Shown here one piece after another: positions 18,683 to 27,431 of a stretch of 64,000 nt of DNA (positions within the stretch are counted from its first letter, which is position 1; each line of letters starts with the position of its first letter). Origin of the DNA: Solirubrobacterales bacterium (GTDB taxonomy: Bacteria; Actinomycetota; Thermoleophilia; Solirubrobacterales; JACPNS01). The DNA lies in the NCBI GenBank assembly GCA_047605325.1, contig JASGFX010000004.1:14957-78956 (forward strand). Direction: 5' to 3'. A model generated the notes under the pieces. It was not told the DNA's origin, made no database searches, and worked only from the letters and a program-made list of their open reading frames with translations. Position numbers and translations under genes: made by a program.

Positions 18683-20043
18683 GCGGGGGCCTCTCCGGGC
18701 GCGCGACTGGCGCGCGCGAGGATCTCGCCGACCTTCTCCAGTCCGACCGACCGCGACCCTTTCACGAGGACCGTGTCGCCGGGCTGCGCGACGCGGCGCA
18801 CCACGTAGGCCGCCGCTTCGGGGCTGGCGACGTGCTCGATCGAACCGTCGTACTGGTCTCCGTACGCCCCGCCCAACTCGCCGACGCTGATCAGGAAGTC
18901 CACTCCGCTGTCGGCCGCGTGTTGTGCGACTTCATGGTGAAAGCGGTCGGAGTCGGCTCCGAGCTCGCCCATCCCCCCGAGCACGGCGATCGTGCGCCCC
19001 TCCGCGCGGGAGAGATTGTCGAGCGCGGCACGCATCGAGACGGGGTTCGCGTTGTAACAGTCGTTGATCAGGGTTACGCCTCCGAGCACCTCGGCGACCT
19101 CGCCGCGCAGCGCTGAGAAGTTGACGACCAGCTCGCCCTCGACCGGCGCACCGATCGCCTGCGCGCAGGCCACGGCGGCCAGCAGGTTGCGGGTCAGATA
19201 CCGCTCCCTGAAGGACGGGCGGATGGAAACCTCGCCATGGGGCGTCGAGATCTCCAGATCGCCTTCGGCATCTTCATCCCCGAGCCGGACGTCGCCGCCG
19301 GGCCCGAAAGTGACGGTTGCAACGTCTGCGCGAAAGTGTGGAGTGAGCAGCGGTTCGTCGGCGGGCATCACAGCGGTCGCCCGGGCGCCGAGCGCGGCGA
19401 TCAGCTCGGCCTTGGCGGCGGCGACGTTCTCGACGCTGCCGAGCTGCTCGAGGTGGACCGGACCGACGTTGACGATGCAGCCGACGTCCGGCTCCGCGAT
19501 CCGCGCGAGCAGATCGATCTGACCGGCGCCGCGCATCGCCATCTCAAGCACGAGCACTTCGGTGCCGCGCGGCGCGGAGAGCAGCGTGAGCGGCAGACCG
19601 ATCTCGGTGTTGAAGTTGGCCGGAGTCGCAACGACGCTGAGCGAGCGGCCGAGCAGCGCGGCGAGAATGTCCTTCGTCGAGGTCTTGCCGGTCGATCCGG
19701 TGACGCCGATGACCTTCGCGCCGAGCTCGCGGCGCCAAGCGTTCGCAAGCGCTCCGAGCGCCGCTGTCGGATCCTCGACGGCGAAGACGTTCGCCACGCC
19801 GCTCTCGCTCGCCTCCGCAAAATGGTCAGGCGCCACCACCGCGCCCCACGCGCCGCGCGCGATCACGTCTGCGGCGAAGCTGCCGCCGTCGACATGCTCG
19901 CCGGGGATCCCGAAGAAGAGGTCGCCCGCCCCCGCGGTTCGCGAGTCGATCACGGCGCGCGCCGGATGCCCCTCGGCCGCAGCTTCGGAGAGCTGAACGG
20001 CGCCGACAACATCGGCGATCTGACGCGCGGAGAACTCGATCAT
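18679..20043 (-). CDS. murF: UDP-N-acetylmuramoyl-tripeptide--D-alanyl-D-alanine ligase
   Basis: 454 aa. Mur ligase P-loop GVTGSTGKTSTKD is present. Overlaps its neighbours at both ends. Confidence 0.92.
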   Translation of the reverse strand: MIEFSARQIADVVGAVQLSEAAAEGHPARAVIDSRTAGAGDLFFGIPGEHVDGGSFAADVIARGAWGAVVAPDHFAEASESGVANVFAVEDPTAALGALANAWRRELGAKVIGVTGSTGKTSTKDILAALLGRSLSVVATPANFNTEIGLPLTLLSAPRGTEVLVLEMAMRGAGQIDLLARIAEPDVGCIVNVGPVHLEQLGSVENVAAAKAELIAALGARATAVMPADEPLLTPHFRADVATVTFGPGGDVRLGDEDAEGDLEISTPHGEVSIRPSFRERYLTRNLLAAVACAQAIGAPVEGELVVNFSALRGEVAEVLGGVTLINDCYNANPVSMRAALDNLSRAEGRTIAVLGGMGELGADSDRFHHEVAQHAADSGVDFLISVGELGGAYGDQYDGSIEHVASPEAAAYVVRRVAQPGDTVLVKGSRSVGLEKVGEILARASRAPGEAPA

Positions 20044-21494
20044 GCCGGGAGCGCGCCGCGCCGTTCGAGCGATTCTCGGGCTACGGCCCTGTCGTCGAAG
20101 GGAATCTTCCGGCCACCAGCGAACTCCTGACCCTGCTCGTGACCCTTGCCGAAGATGAAGACGATGTCGCCGCGCTCGGCGTCGCCGATCGCGCGCTCGA
20201 TCGCGGTGCGGCGATCGACCTCGTCCTCGAGGCGCGCGCCGCTCGCTTCAGCGGCGGACTCTGCGCCGGCCAGAACCTCGGTGATGATCGCGGCTGGATC
20301 TTCGGAGCGCGGATTGTCGGAGGTGATGTAGACGACGTCCGATCCGTGAGCCGCCGCAGCGCCCATCAGCGGACGCTTCGTGCGGTCGCGATCACCACCG
20401 GCGCCGACCACGCTGATCACGCGGTTGTGCGGCAGGCGCTCGGCCGCGCGCAGGACGTTCTCGATCGAATCCGGGGTGTGTGCGTAGTCGACGTACACGC
20501 CGAACTCCGTGCCGCCCGCCACCGGCTCGAAACGCCCGGGTGCGCCGGTCGCGCGCGCAAGACCTTCGACGGCCCGCTCCGGCGCGATGCCCAACTCGAT
20601 CACGGTCGCCAGCGCAGCGAGCGCATTGGAGACATTGAACATCCCGGGCAGCGCGATCGACGCCGGCATCGTCGCCTCCCCGCGTACCAGGGTGAAGCGC
20701 GAACCGCTCGCGTCGAACTCGACCTCCTCGGCGCGGTAAGTGGCAGCCGGGTCGCCCTCCGCCGAAAAGGTGATCGCGTCGAACTCGGCGGCGAGCCGGC
20801 GGCCGTACTCGTCGTCGATGTTGACGATCGAGACCTTCGGACCAGCGGCGAAAAGCAGCCGCTTGGCCGCGAAGTAGTCGTCCATCGTCTCGTGGAAGTC
20901 GAGGTGGTCCTGTGTGAGATTCGTGAAGATCGCGGCGGCGAAGGAGAGCTGATCTGCGCGCCCGAGTTCGAGGGCGTGCGAGGAGACCTCCAGCGCGCAG
21001 GCCTTCTCGCCCGAGTCGGCCATCTCGCGCAGCGCGTGCACGAGATCGATCGCCTCGGGCGTCGTGCGCTCGGCCGGGCTTTCGACACCGGCGACGACCC
21101 AGGCGACCGTGCCGATCAATCCGCAGGGGCGCCCGGCCGATTCGAGGATCTGGCGCACCAGATAGCTCGTGGTCGTCTTGCCGTTCGTTCCGGTGATCCC
21201 GATCAGGTCGATCTCGGAGCTGGGGTCGCGGAAGAAGCGCTTGGCGATCCGCGGCATCTCGGCGCGGGCGTCCTCGACGATCAGCTCGGGCACGCCGAGA
21301 CCGAGCGGACGCTCGCAGACCAGCGCCGCCGCGCCACGCTCGACGGCATCGGCCGCGAAATCGTGACCGTCGACGGTGAAGCCGCGCACGCAGAAGAACA
21401 GCGAGCCGCCAGCGACGTCGCGACTCGAGTAGGCGAGATCGGAAATGTCAGTTCCCGCAAGGGTTGCGTCGCCGGTCAGCTCACCGAGATCCAT
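20040..21494 (-). CDS. murE: UDP-N-acetylmuramoyl-L-alanyl-D-glutamate--2,6-diaminopimelate ligase
   Basis: 484 aa. P-loop GITGTNGKTTTSY and C-terminal DNPR motif (ITSDNPRSEDP) are present. Confidence 0.92.
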   Translation of the reverse strand: MDLGELTGDATLAGTDISDLAYSSRDVAGGSLFFCVRGFTVDGHDFAADAVERGAAALVCERPLGLGVPELIVEDARAEMPRIAKRFFRDPSSEIDLIGITGTNGKTTTSYLVRQILESAGRPCGLIGTVAWVVAGVESPAERTTPEAIDLVHALREMADSGEKACALEVSSHALELGRADQLSFAAAIFTNLTQDHLDFHETMDDYFAAKRLLFAAGPKVSIVNIDDEYGRRLAAEFDAITFSAEGDPAATYRAEEVEFDASGSRFTLVRGEATMPASIALPGMFNVSNALAALATVIELGIAPERAVEGLARATGAPGRFEPVAGGTEFGVYVDYAHTPDSIENVLRAAERLPHNRVISVVGAGGDRDRTKRPLMGAAAAHGSDVVYITSDNPRSEDPAAIITEVLAGAESAAEASGARLEDEVDRRTAIERAIGDAERGDIVFIFGKGHEQGQEFAGGRKIPFDDRAVARESLERRGALPA

Positions 21495-21552
21495 CGCAAA
21501 TCAGCATAACCCCGGCCCTTGCGGCCCAGATCGCCGACAGCGGGCAGGACGG

Positions 21553-23214
21553 TCAGCTGGGCGGGATCTTGAGGTACGGCAGGGCGAAGTTGAGGATCTC
21601 CTGGAAGGCCGGCGCTGCGACCTTGCCTCCGTAGATCTCGCCCTGCGGCTGGTTCACCACGACCGAGACCAGCACCTTCGGGTCCTTGGCCGGAGCGAAT
21701 CCGATGAACGACGCGACGTACTTCGACTTCGAGTACTCCCCGAGCGAAGTGTCGAAGATCTGCGCGGTGCCGGTCTTGCCCGCGAGCTTGTAGCCCGGGA
21801 TCGAAGCCTCGGAGGCGGTGCCGCCCGGGCCGAGCACTCCTTCGAGCATCGTGCGCAGCTGCGAGGCGACCTTCTCTGAGATCACGCGCTTGCCCGCGGG
21901 CTCGCCGGTCGATTTGCCGCCGACCGATTCGACGATGTGCGGAGCGCGCAGGATGCCGCCGTTGGCGACCGCGGCGAATGCCGTGGCCATTTGGATCGGC
22001 GTGACGTCGAGGCCCTGGCCGATCGCGAAGTTGGCCTTCGAGACGCCGGAATACTCGTTGTGATTCAGCACCAGTCCGCGCTCCTCGCCGGCGAGGTCGA
22101 CACCGGTCGGCTTGCCGAATCCGAACTTGTGCACCCAGCCGTCGAACTCCGCGTCCTTCATCGTCTGGGCGATCTTCACGGTTCCGACATTCGACGACTG
22201 GGCGATGATCTGATGCACCGGCAGTGCGAGCGGTCCGCGCTCTTCGGCGTCTTTGATCACGCGGTCCTCGACGGCGAGGTTGACCGGCAGGTCGAAAACG
22301 GTGTTCGGCGTGACCTTGTGGTCAGAGAGCGCGCCGGCCACGGTGACCGCTTTGAAGGTCGAGCCCGGCTCGTAGGTGAAACCGACAGCGCGGTTCTGCA
22401 TCTCCTCGGGAGTGGCGTCTGCCGGGTCGTCGGCATTGAAGGTCGGGTAGTTGGCCATCGCGAGGATGCTGCCGTCGCGCGGGTCCATCACGATCGCCGA
22501 CGCGCCCTGCGGCGAGTAGCGCGCAGCGACGCCCTTGAGCACGGCCTCGGTCTGGAGCTGGAGCTGGCTGTCGAGCGTGAGTTTGAGATCTTCGCCCGGC
22601 TTGACCTTGGTCACGTCGACCGTGGAGATCGCGTCGCCCTGGCCGTCCTTGACGATGCGGCGCTCACCGTCGGTGCCGTGGAGCTGTTTCTCCCAGGCGT
22701 ACTCGAGGCCGGCGAGCCCCTTGCCCTCGGTGCCGACGAAACCGATCACCTGGGCGGCCATCGACTTCGACGGGTAGAAGCGCTTGGTCGTCGGCGTGGT
22801 GTCGATGCCGGCGATCGCAAGCTTGTTGATCTTTGTGACGTCCGAGCCCGGGACGCTGCGCGCCAGATAGACGAAGCCGCTCTTGCGGTCGGCGAGCTTG
22901 GCGGCGATCTGCTCGGGCGTCTGGCCGAGCAGCGGCGCAAGCTGCTGACTGGCCTTGGTCGGATTCTCCACCAGGTACGGCGTCGCCGAGACATCGGCCG
23001 CGTCGGTCGACACAGCGAGTTCGTTGCCGTGTCTATCGAGGATCGCGCCGCGCGGCGCGGGGACGGTGATGTCGCCGACCTGCTGGCCGGTCGCCTGTGC
23101 TTGGTACGACGCGTGGTTGACGACCATCAGCTGGGAGGCGCGCAGGATCGCCAGCACGAACAGCGCGAGAAAGATCGCCGAGAGCAGGCCGATGCGGCGC
23201 TCGATCAACTGCAT
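21553..23214 (-). CDS. ftsI: class B penicillin-binding protein (FtsI/PBP3-like transpeptidase)
   Basis: 553 aa with an N-terminal TM segment. SxxK (STFK), SxN (SSN) and KTG (KTGTA) motifs are present. Confidence 0.92.
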   Translation of the reverse strand: MQLIERRIGLLSAIFLALFVLAILRASQLMVVNHASYQAQATGQQVGDITVPAPRGAILDRHGNELAVSTDAADVSATPYLVENPTKASQQLAPLLGQTPEQIAAKLADRKSGFVYLARSVPGSDVTKINKLAIAGIDTTPTTKRFYPSKSMAAQVIGFVGTEGKGLAGLEYAWEKQLHGTDGERRIVKDGQGDAISTVDVTKVKPGEDLKLTLDSQLQLQTEAVLKGVAARYSPQGASAIVMDPRDGSILAMANYPTFNADDPADATPEEMQNRAVGFTYEPGSTFKAVTVAGALSDHKVTPNTVFDLPVNLAVEDRVIKDAEERGPLALPVHQIIAQSSNVGTVKIAQTMKDAEFDGWVHKFGFGKPTGVDLAGEERGLVLNHNEYSGVSKANFAIGQGLDVTPIQMATAFAAVANGGILRAPHIVESVGGKSTGEPAGKRVISEKVASQLRTMLEGVLGPGGTASEASIPGYKLAGKTGTAQIFDTSLGEYSKSKYVASFIGFAPAKDPKVLVSVVVNQPQGEIYGGKVAAPAFQEILNFALPYLKIPPS

Positions 23215-24129
23215 CTAGAGACCGGCCCCCGTATCGGTCGCGACTCCCGTCGCGACAGTGGCGCCGGTGGCGGCGGTGGGGCCGGCAGAGGTCGGGGTCG
23301 CGGCCGTCAGCGGCGCGGTGAGGTTCTTGGCCGCGCGAGCGGCATCTCCGCGGCGGTGACTGAGGTATTCGAACTGCTCGGGCGCCGGCATGACCATGCC
23401 CTGCTTCTCTGCGTAGAGCTTGATCCGCTGCGCCGCTCCGAGGTTGGCGATGCGCGAACGCAGCACGGTGTTCTCGCGCTGCAGCTCAAGCGACCGCTCG
23501 GCGTACTTGGCGTAGCCGTCGCCGTACTCGAGCTTCCCGACGTTGATGTAGATCAGCCCCGCCGCAAGTACGCCGACGAGCAGAATCAGCATGCGTCCGC
23601 GCGCGATCGGCGTGGCGCGGTTTGCCGCCTGCGGGATCGCCTCGATGCCGCCGGAAACGACACGGAGCACCGGTCGTGTGACGGCCGTGACCGGACGTGC
23701 AACCTCCTGCACGACCCTTGCCGCACCGGCCGCCGCCCCGCCGCCGGCGCCGACGGCCACCGCGCGGACCGACCCGCCGCCACGCGGAGCGCTCGCTGCT
23801 CCGCGCGAACCGCCAGAGCGAGGACGTGGCGAGGCCTGGCCCATCGTGCTGAGCGACTGGCGGCGTGTCTCTGCGACGCGGCGATCGACCTCGGAAACTG
23901 AACGCGGTGCGGCCTTGCCACGCGACGATGGGGCGACCTTGCGGCGTTTGACCGGTCCGCCGGGGCCGCGCGAGGCCTTGATCTGCGGACGCGGCGAGTT
24001 GCGCGTGACCTTGATCTGCGGCTCGGATTTCTTCGCGCCGGCGCGCTTGGGCGCGGCCGGACGCGCCGCTGCCGCGCGGCTTCTCGCGGGCGCCTTGCGA
24101 CGCCCGCCACTGGTAGCCGGGCGCTTCAT
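23215..24129 (-). CDS. ftsL: FtsL-like septation protein with a long basic N-terminal region
   Basis: Track ORF trimmed to the ATG at 24129, which overlaps the rsmH stop (ATGA). About 180 aa of R/A/P/K-rich sequence precede a single TM (MLILLVGVLAAGLIYI) and a coiled-coil-like segment (LELQRENTVLRSRIANL). An internal ATG at 23592 would give a short FtsL instead. Confidence 0.65.
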   Translation of the reverse strand: MKRPATSGGRRKAPARSRAAAARPAAPKRAGAKKSEPQIKVTRNSPRPQIKASRGPGGPVKRRKVAPSSRGKAAPRSVSEVDRRVAETRRQSLSTMGQASPRPRSGGSRGAASAPRGGGSVRAVAVGAGGGAAAGAARVVQEVARPVTAVTRPVLRVVSGGIEAIPQAANRATPIARGRMLILLVGVLAAGLIYINVGKLEYGDGYAKYAERSLELQRENTVLRSRIANLGAAQRIKLYAEKQGMVMPAPEQFEYLSHRRGDAARAAKNLTAPLTAATPTSAGPTAATGATVATGVATDTGAGL

Positions 24130-25106
24130 CGCAGCGGCTCCAGACCGAGCGGCGGCTCGGGCGAACGGTCGGCGGCGATCTTCTTGGCGACGCGCAACTT
24201 CGCCGAGCGAGCGCGTGAATTCTCCGCCACTTCGTCTTCGCTCGGCGCGATCGCGCGACGGCTGACGAGTTCGGCCTGCGGCGTGCGTCCACAGGTGCAG
24301 ATCGGAAACTCCGGCGGGCAGATGCAGCCGTTGGCAAGGTCGGCGAAAAACCGCTTGGTCATGCGGTCCTCGAGCGAGTGGAACGAGATCACTGCCATGC
24401 GGCCCCCGATGCTGAGGGCGTCCCAAGCACTCGGCAGCGCGCGCTCGAGCTGGCCGAGTTCGTCGTTGACGGCGATCCGGATCGCCTGGAAGACGCGCTT
24501 TGCCGGGTGGCCAGCACCGAAGCGTGCGGGGGTCGGAATCGCAGCGACGATCGCTTCGACGAGCTGCTCCGTGCTCTCGATCGGATCGGACTCGCGGCGC
24601 CGCACGATCTCCCGCGCGATCTGCCTTGAATAGCGCTCCTCCCCATACCTGTCAAAGATGTTCGACAAACGTCGCTCATCCCATGCATTGACCAGGTCGG
24701 TCGCGTTGAAGTCCTGCTGCGGATCCATGCGCATGTCGAGCGGCGCGTCGTAGACATATGAGAAGCCGCGCTCGAGCGAATCGATCTGGAAAGACGAGAC
24801 ACCGAGATCGAGCAAGATCACGTCGGCGCCGAGCTGCTCCTCGGCGAGTTCGGCGAGCGCTGCGGAGAAGTCCTCGTGGATGAAGCGGGTCTCGCAGCGC
24901 GCCTCGGCCGCGAAGTCCTCGAAGCGCGAGTGCGCGGCCGGGTCGCGATCGATCCCGATCACGAGCCCGTCGGGACTGACGCGCTCCGCCAGCAGGCGTG
25001 CGTGACCACCGCCGCCAAACGTGCAGTCGACGACCGTCTCGCCGTTCACCGGCGATGTGAGGTCGATGACCTCCCTGCTCAGCACGGGTACGTGTGCGCT
25101 CGTCAT
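24126..25106 (-). CDS. rsmH: 16S rRNA (cytosine1402-N4)-methyltransferase
   Basis: Trimmed to the ATG at 25106 (MTSAHVPVLSREVIDL). Contains DCTFGGGGH and ILLDLGVSSFQ motifs. Confidence 0.93.
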   Translation of the reverse strand: MTSAHVPVLSREVIDLTSPVNGETVVDCTFGGGGHARLLAERVSPDGLVIGIDRDPAAHSRFEDFAAEARCETRFIHEDFSAALAELAEEQLGADVILLDLGVSSFQIDSLERGFSYVYDAPLDMRMDPQQDFNATDLVNAWDERRLSNIFDRYGEERYSRQIAREIVRRRESDPIESTEQLVEAIVAAIPTPARFGAGHPAKRVFQAIRIAVNDELGQLERALPSAWDALSIGGRMAVISFHSLEDRMTKRFFADLANGCICPPEFPICTCGRTPQAELVSRRAIAPSEDEVAENSRARSAKLRVAKKIAADRSPEPPLGLEPLR

Positions 25107-25107
25107 C

Positions 25108-25542
25108 TCAGCCAGCACTGACAATCTTCGCCACCGTCGTCTTGAGATTGGCCGCCACATCGGCGCTGCGCGCGGCCCAGCCGTCCGGGCTCCAGAGCTG
25201 CACGTGGTCGAAGGCGCCGACCACGACGACTTCCTTCTCTATCCCGGCGTGACCGAGGATGTCGGTCGGAATCATCGCGCGGCCGGCCTTGTCGAGTTCG
25301 CTGTCGAACGAGTTGCCCGAGAACCAGACGTTCATCGCACGGGCTTCTTCACTCAGCGGGTGCAGGTCGCGCAGGAAGCCGTCGGTGTAGGCGTCGAATC
25401 CATCCGGAGTCCAGATCGCGGCGCAGGCCTCGAGCGATTTGCCGATCACGACCTCCCCGCCGAGCTGATCGCGCAGCTTCGAGGGGATCGTGAGGCGGTT
25501 CTTCGCGTCGAGTGTGTGTTCGTAGTTGCCGCGGAAGGCCAT
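25108..25542 (-). CDS. mraZ: transcriptional regulator MraZ
   Basis: Trimmed to the ATG at 25542 (MAFRGNYEHTLDAKNRLTIPSKLR). A duplicated DxxxR/SpoVT-AbrB pattern is present. Confidence 0.92.
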   Translation of the reverse strand: MAFRGNYEHTLDAKNRLTIPSKLRDQLGGEVVIGKSLEACAAIWTPDGFDAYTDGFLRDLHPLSEEARAMNVWFSGNSFDSELDKAGRAMIPTDILGHAGIEKEVVVVGAFDHVQLWSPDGWAARSADVAANLKTTVAKIVSAG

Positions 25543-25631
25543 CGGGTGAATCCTGAAATCGAGGAGCTTTGACGCGAGACCGGGGAGATCGAGCGGGAGG
25601 AACTCCACCTCCCCGGCCCGCGAAGCTGGTT

Positions 25632-25663
25632 GCCACTTTACCCCACATCGACCCACTTTTCAA
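25632..25663 (-). promoter_or_regulatory. candidate dcw promoter with three overlapping MraZ-box direct repeats
   Basis: The minus strand reads TTGAAA-17 nt-TAAAGT. Within and after it are GTGGG(tcgat)GTGGG(gtaaa)GTGGC, three pentamers with exact 10-nt phasing, about 90 nt upstream of mraZ. Confidence 0.6.
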
Positions 25664-25774
25664 CACAATTGAACATTTCTTGTTTTCGCAACCGCGATTG
25701 CAGGCCGCCGGGCGAAGCAGGACCGGAAGCGGCGAAAAACCGGCCCCGATCATCTGTCCAGCCAGCCAAACATG

Positions 25775-25791
25775 ACTCGCGACTCGCGAGT
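25775..25791. promoter_or_regulatory. palindrome ACTCGCGA-C-TCGCGAGT, candidate TetR-family operator
   Basis: Perfect 8-bp inverted repeat in the mraZ/tetR divergent intergenic region, about 95 nt upstream of the TetR start. Confidence 0.35.
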
Positions 25792-25885
25792 ACGATCGAT
25801 TCACGCTTCGAACTTCGCCGGTCTGGGGAAAGAGATCGGACGAGGCCGAAGACAACTAGTCCGCCTCCTGAATGGGGAGCTCAAA

Positions 25886-26584
25886 ATGAAGACCCAACGA
25901 ATCTCGAACGCGACCGGGGTTCCTGAAACCAACCAAGGCGCCGCCGCGCGCGCCCGACTGCCACGGCCGGTACGCGAGCAGCAGATGCTGGAAGCCGCCT
26001 CCGTGCTGTTCGGCGAGCAGGGCTACCACGCGGTCTCGATGGATCAGATCGCTGACGCCGTCGGAATCTCCAAGCCGATGCTTTACGCCTACTTCGATTC
26101 GAAGGAAGGCCTCTGCGCCGCATGCCTCAAGCGGGCCGGCGCCGATGCGATCACAGCGATCAGCACCTCATACGAGCCGGGCTCGACACCCGAGCAGTCG
26201 CTCTGGTCGGGCTTCCTCGCCTTCTTCAACTTCGTCAAGCGCGAGCCCCAGAGCTGGCGCCTGATCCGCAGCCAGGCCAGCTACGACGTCGGGATCTTCC
26301 AGGAGATGGTCGCCGACATCCACAACGATCTGCTGTCGGTGATCCAGGAGCTCGAAAAGGTCGCGTCACGCGAGACGGCCGGCGATCCCTTCGCCGACGA
26401 CGAGACGCGGATCGCGGCTTCCTACGCGCTGTTCGGCGCGGCCTCCTCACTCGCGGACCGCTGGCTCGACAGCGAATGCGAGACGCCGGCCGAGGATTCC
26501 GCGACCCAGTTGATGAACTTCTTCTGGGTCGGGATTCGAGCGATGGCCGACGGCGAGAACTGGACCCCGCTCACAGAATCCTGA
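25886..26584 (+). CDS. TetR/AcrR family transcriptional regulator
   Basis: Trimmed to the ATG at 25886, preceded by GGGGAG. HTH region is VSMDQIADAVGISKPMLYAYFDSKEGL. Confidence 0.85.
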   Translation: MKTQRISNATGVPETNQGAAARARLPRPVREQQMLEAASVLFGEQGYHAVSMDQIADAVGISKPMLYAYFDSKEGLCAACLKRAGADAITAISTSYEPGSTPEQSLWSGFLAFFNFVKREPQSWRLIRSQASYDVGIFQEMVADIHNDLLSVIQELEKVASRETAGDPFADDETRIAASYALFGAASSLADRWLDSECETPAEDSATQLMNFFWVGIRAMADGENWTPLTES

Positions 26585-27431
26585 GATCGCCCCTCGCGAT
26601 CGCGGCGACGACGATCGCGGCGAGGCCGATCATCGCCCCCGGCACGATCGTCGCCGAGACGATCAGCTGAATCTTCGGTCCGGCGCGTGCGCCGCGTTCG
26701 ATCACCTCACGGTTGTGCGCAAGCCGCGCATCGCTCGCCTGCGCGGCGATCACCGGCGCGAGCGGTGAACCGTGGCGCTCGGCCTGCCGGATCGCCGACA
26801 CGAGCGCGCGCACCTCGGGCTCGGGGTTGCGGGCCGCGAGACCGTCGAGCGCGGTGTTCTGGGAGATCCCGAAAGCGGTCTCGGCGGCGACGCAGGCGAA
26901 CTCTCCGGCGATCGGCTCGGCGCAGTGGTCTGCGACCAACGAGAGCGATCGGCGCAGCGGGAGACCGGCGGCGAGGCAGGCGCGCAGCAGGTCGAGGGCG
27001 TCGGGGAGCGATTCGCGCAGCGCATCTGCGCGCCTGGCGGCGCGACGCGCCAGCAGGTGCAATGGCAGTTCGGCCGCGGCCCACAGGATCAGCGGCAACG
27101 CGAGCGGAAGCATGCGCGTCGGGAGCATCGCGGAGAGCCGCGGCGCAAACGCCAGCGCGCCGAACACGCAGGCGACGCGCGCGGCCGCTACGTCGCGCGG
27201 AAGGATCCTCCCCTCGAGGCCGGCGCGCTGGATCGCAAGCTGCGAGTCACGGCTGGCGAAGGCGCCGACGAGCCCAGGGAGCATCCTGCGGAGCTGCGCC
27301 AGCGCCGAGAGGCCGATCTCGGATGGTCGCCTTGGCAGCCGCTTGGACTGGCTTCGCGCGCGCCCCAGCAGGGCGGAGACCACGAGACCCGCGGCCACGG
27401 CCGCGAGCACGACTGCGACGACACGCGTCAT
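26571..27431 (-). CDS. tadC: type II secretion system F-domain protein (TadC-like)
   Basis: 286 aa with TM segments at both ends. Last gene of the cpaF-tadB-tadC string. Confidence 0.65.
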   Translation of the reverse strand: MTRVVAVVLAAVAAGLVVSALLGRARSQSKRLPRRPSEIGLSALAQLRRMLPGLVGAFASRDSQLAIQRAGLEGRILPRDVAAARVACVFGALAFAPRLSAMLPTRMLPLALPLILWAAAELPLHLLARRAARRADALRESLPDALDLLRACLAAGLPLRRSLSLVADHCAEPIAGEFACVAAETAFGISQNTALDGLAARNPEPEVRALVSAIRQAERHGSPLAPVIAAQASDARLAHNREVIERGARAGPKIQLIVSATIVPGAMIGLAAIVVAAIARGDLRIL

